Of a DNA stretch of 54,691 nucleotides, positions 52,040 to 54,691 are shown piece by piece (position 1 is the first letter of the stretch; every line of letters begins with the position of its first letter). Where the stretch lies: NCBI GenBank assembly GCA_001938485.1, contig MQRK01215702.1, positions 1-54,691 of the forward strand. The letters run 5' to 3'. This DNA comes from Girardia tigrina (lineage: Eukaryota). The notes under the pieces were generated by a model, which was not told the origin of the DNA, did not search any database, and saw nothing but the letters and a program-made list of their open reading frames with translations. The translations under genes were made by a program, and so were the position numbers.

Positions 52040-54155
52040 GTCAGCGTTTCTAAGAAATCCCTGGTTCTGCCAGACCATGTTGCTACTAGATTGTTTCACG
52101 ATGAAGAGGACTTGATATATGTGTTTGAAGGTTTAAAGGTAGAAAAAAGAGAACTGTGTGTCACTCCAATCAACTATAACAACTCACATTGGTTGGTACC
52201 ATGCTGCACACTAAAGCATGCATTTATATTTAACTCTTTAAACAATTTACCTTTAGAGAAGATAATTACAGCTCTTGTCTCGCCGTTAATTACTGCCATT
52301 AACAAAACTGTTACCGATAGAAAAATAAATTATTTAACATAAAATTACCTCTAATTTTTCCGTAGTGTGAGCAACAAAAGAACAATAAGGACTGCGGTCC
52401 TTTGGTCTGTGGCTTTATAGAAAACAATAAACGAAACAATCGACCCCCTTTTTGAAATCAACATAGAAAATATCCGAAAACGCTGTAATCAGCTGCGCCC
52501 TCATGTATCGGATCGTCCTGCAGGAACAACTCGGGGTGGGGACAGTTCAGTTACTGAAACAAAGGTTGGATCTTGAAAAAAATCCAATGATTTACCAACT
52601 TCACAAAAATTTACAGAGAGTGGATACTGGATTGCCAACTTTATATTGTAATTGTATCACAACAACCCCCAAAAATGATGTACAAGAAATAATTTACAAC
52701 ATCACTAAAAAGAAAGTTCAAAAGTAAATTAGACGACAAGAAAAAACTATGAAATAAAAGAATAACAGAGAATTGCGTTACAAAAAAATCTCAGAGATAA
52801 TAGTGGCTAATTCCACAAAAAGTGCTGAAGAATTGGACTTGCTCATTACCAGATACATTTTGCAAGCAAGAGTCAAAAAGCAAAACGGTCAAAAATCTCA
52901 ATGCATCAAGAAACATCAGGAACATTAGAAAAAAACGGATTACTTAGAAAAATAAACGACATTACTTTAAAATAAAACCGAAAAGCCCATGGAAACAATT
53001 CTAAGTGACACAACTGTTGATGGAGAGCTATCTATCAAAAAGCGACTATCCTCCTGAAACAGACTGAAGTAATGCACCAAACATCAAACCTGGCCCAAAA
53101 TTTCAATTTCAGCATGTCACTCCAGAAGAGATTGCCAACATACTCAAGAACACCAAAAATACTAGTCCCGGTATATCAAACATTGACTATGCGGATATTG
53201 ACTATTGCGACCCGGGTTGTCAATTTCTGGCCATATTATTCAACAAAATTATTGATACAGGAGTCATTCCACCCAGTTGGAAGAAATTCCTAACGGTAAT
53301 GATTCATAAATCCAGTAAGTCAGGAAATTACAAAGATAGGATCATGGAGACCAATAGCCCTGATGGAATGCATTGCCAAGTTGTTCACATCTTGCCTATG
53401 CACTCAACTGGAATGGCTGGTGAAGAACAATTTAATTTCAAATTTCCAAAAAGGCATCGGACCATCAGACGGGTGCACTGAACACAATAACGACATGAGA
53501 ATTTTACTGGAGTAATATGAACATCTTCACATTGCATTCCTCGATCTAACTGATTCGTTTGCCAGCATTCCAATTAATCATATATTAGAAGTTCTCAGAA
53601 GAAAAGGTCTAGATTCATTCTCCTGCTCTCTCATTGCCAATCTTGGATTGTTCATCAACATATACCTGCAATGATTGTACGACTGAAGACATATCCATCA
53701 GGAGGGAGTTTAGACAATGATGTCCTCTTTCAATGCTGCTGTTCAGCGTTGGAATTGATCCAATTTTGGCTGTCCTACAAGATAATGATGCGTTTGGTAT
53801 TGACACCGAGGCTGGTAAAATTACTTGTCTGGCATATGCAGATGATATTGTACCAGCAACTCGTGTTTACAAGCCATGGTTTCATCTGCATGTGACATGG
53901 TTGAATGGACTTCTATGAAGTTTAACCCAGCCAAACAGAACTCCTCTTATGAATGAATCAATCAATGACGTTACCTTATCTTGGAGTAGATTTTACCAGA
54001 AAGACAAAATTCACTCCTGAACGTCTATTTTTATCAGCTATTAAGGACTTGAAAAAAATAACCAAATCAATACTATTTCCCTGGCAGAAAATCGAAGCGT
54101 ATAGAATCTTTATACACTCTCGATTCACCATCTATTTTCGAAACTATAATATATA
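52040..54155 (+). mobile_element. Degenerate NeSL/Utopia-like non-LTR retrotransposon (Ulp1-like protease plus RT), endonuclease missing
   Basis: PINYNNSHWL...FNSL...QQKNNKDCG (C48 protease), then TSPG, IPPSWK, WRPIAL, FQKG...DGCTEHN, AFLDL..F.SIP, GVRQ*CPLS.LLF, LAYADD, LFPWQKIE; many stops and frameshifts. Confidence 0.85.
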
Positions 54156-54331
54156 TGTTGGGGAATGATTTTAATGAGTTTTTTTTGTTAAAAAAAAAAT
54201 TTAATATAAAAGAAAATTTTTATTTACTTTTGGTCGAGTAAATTAATTCCATCATAAAATTGCGAATTCATCCAAATGCTGATCCTAAAATTCTAATATT
54301 TATGTATATAAAAAAAAATTAAATAAAAATT

Positions 54332-54562
54332 GATGTTTTACCCACTCCTGGGGTATCCTCGGGAATGGAGCATAATCGGTGTTCCATTCCTCCGGATATT
54401 CCCGGAGTCGGGCTTATTTTTCATGATTGGCGGTGGAAAGAAAAAAAAATAATTATTAATAATAAATAAAAATAAAAAAAGATGTTTTACCCACTCCTGG
54501 GGTGTCCTCGGGAATGGAGCATAATCGATGCTCCATTCCTCCGGACATTCCCGGAGTCGGGC
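54332..54562. ncRNA. Two tandem copies (period 149 bp) of a 72-nt GC-rich stem-loop, putative structured RNA
   Basis: 54341-54412 and 54490-54561; the four differences are one compensatory pair and two G-U to Watson-Crick changes. Confidence 0.55.
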
Positions 54563-54691
54563 ATATTCTTATTTGTTTTTTGGAGGAGTGAAAAATAAAA
54601 ATGGAAATAAAATTATGGGGCTTTTAGCCCATTAACAATTTTCGGGGATTAATCCCCTGATGTTGCCAGTTAATCTGACGTTAATGGGCAT

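Noticed and set aside
54361-54403. tRNA-like reading of the hairpin unit (GGGAATG...ATTCCC, B-box-like GTTCCATTCC)
   Set aside because: No anticodon arm; the second copy loses GTTC; covariation supports the single long stem instead
54332-54562. CRISPR-like repeat-spacer array
   Set aside because: Only two 80-nt repeats, low-complexity spacers, eukaryotic context, no cas genes

Overview
Very AT-rich eukaryotic (ciliated animal-type) genomic DNA with assembly gaps. Only two host genes are supportable. A 7-exon radial spoke head gene (RSPH4A/6A family, minus strand, 2311-23674) sits head-to-head with a 4-exon SAMD15 gene (plus strand, 24180-24758), and RFX X-box-like motifs lie just upstream of each ATG. 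Most introns are 42-53 nt, but two RSPH introns (6.1 and 13.5 kb) are packed with transposon debris. The rest is a TE graveyard: a Ty3/Gypsy element nested in the gag of a second Gypsy (LTRs, PBS, PPT and 5-bp TSDs visible for both); about 12 LTRs or LTR fragments of one diverged family (TGTGAGG...); Penelope-like elements with minimal hammerhead ribozymes; a 5S-rRNA-headed SINE; Tc1, mariner, Tigger, piggyBac and MULE relics; and a Ulp1-protease plus RT non-LTR (NeSL/Utopia-like) relic. The most unusual signals are (i) two tandem 72-nt GC-rich hairpins at the window end whose four differences all preserve base pairing, and (ii) the LTR family, whose LTR 3' end keeps a reading frame in phase with gag, with the poly(A) signal read as Asn-Lys and many copies ending in non-canonical TA. 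All calls come from reading the sequence; no searches were run.
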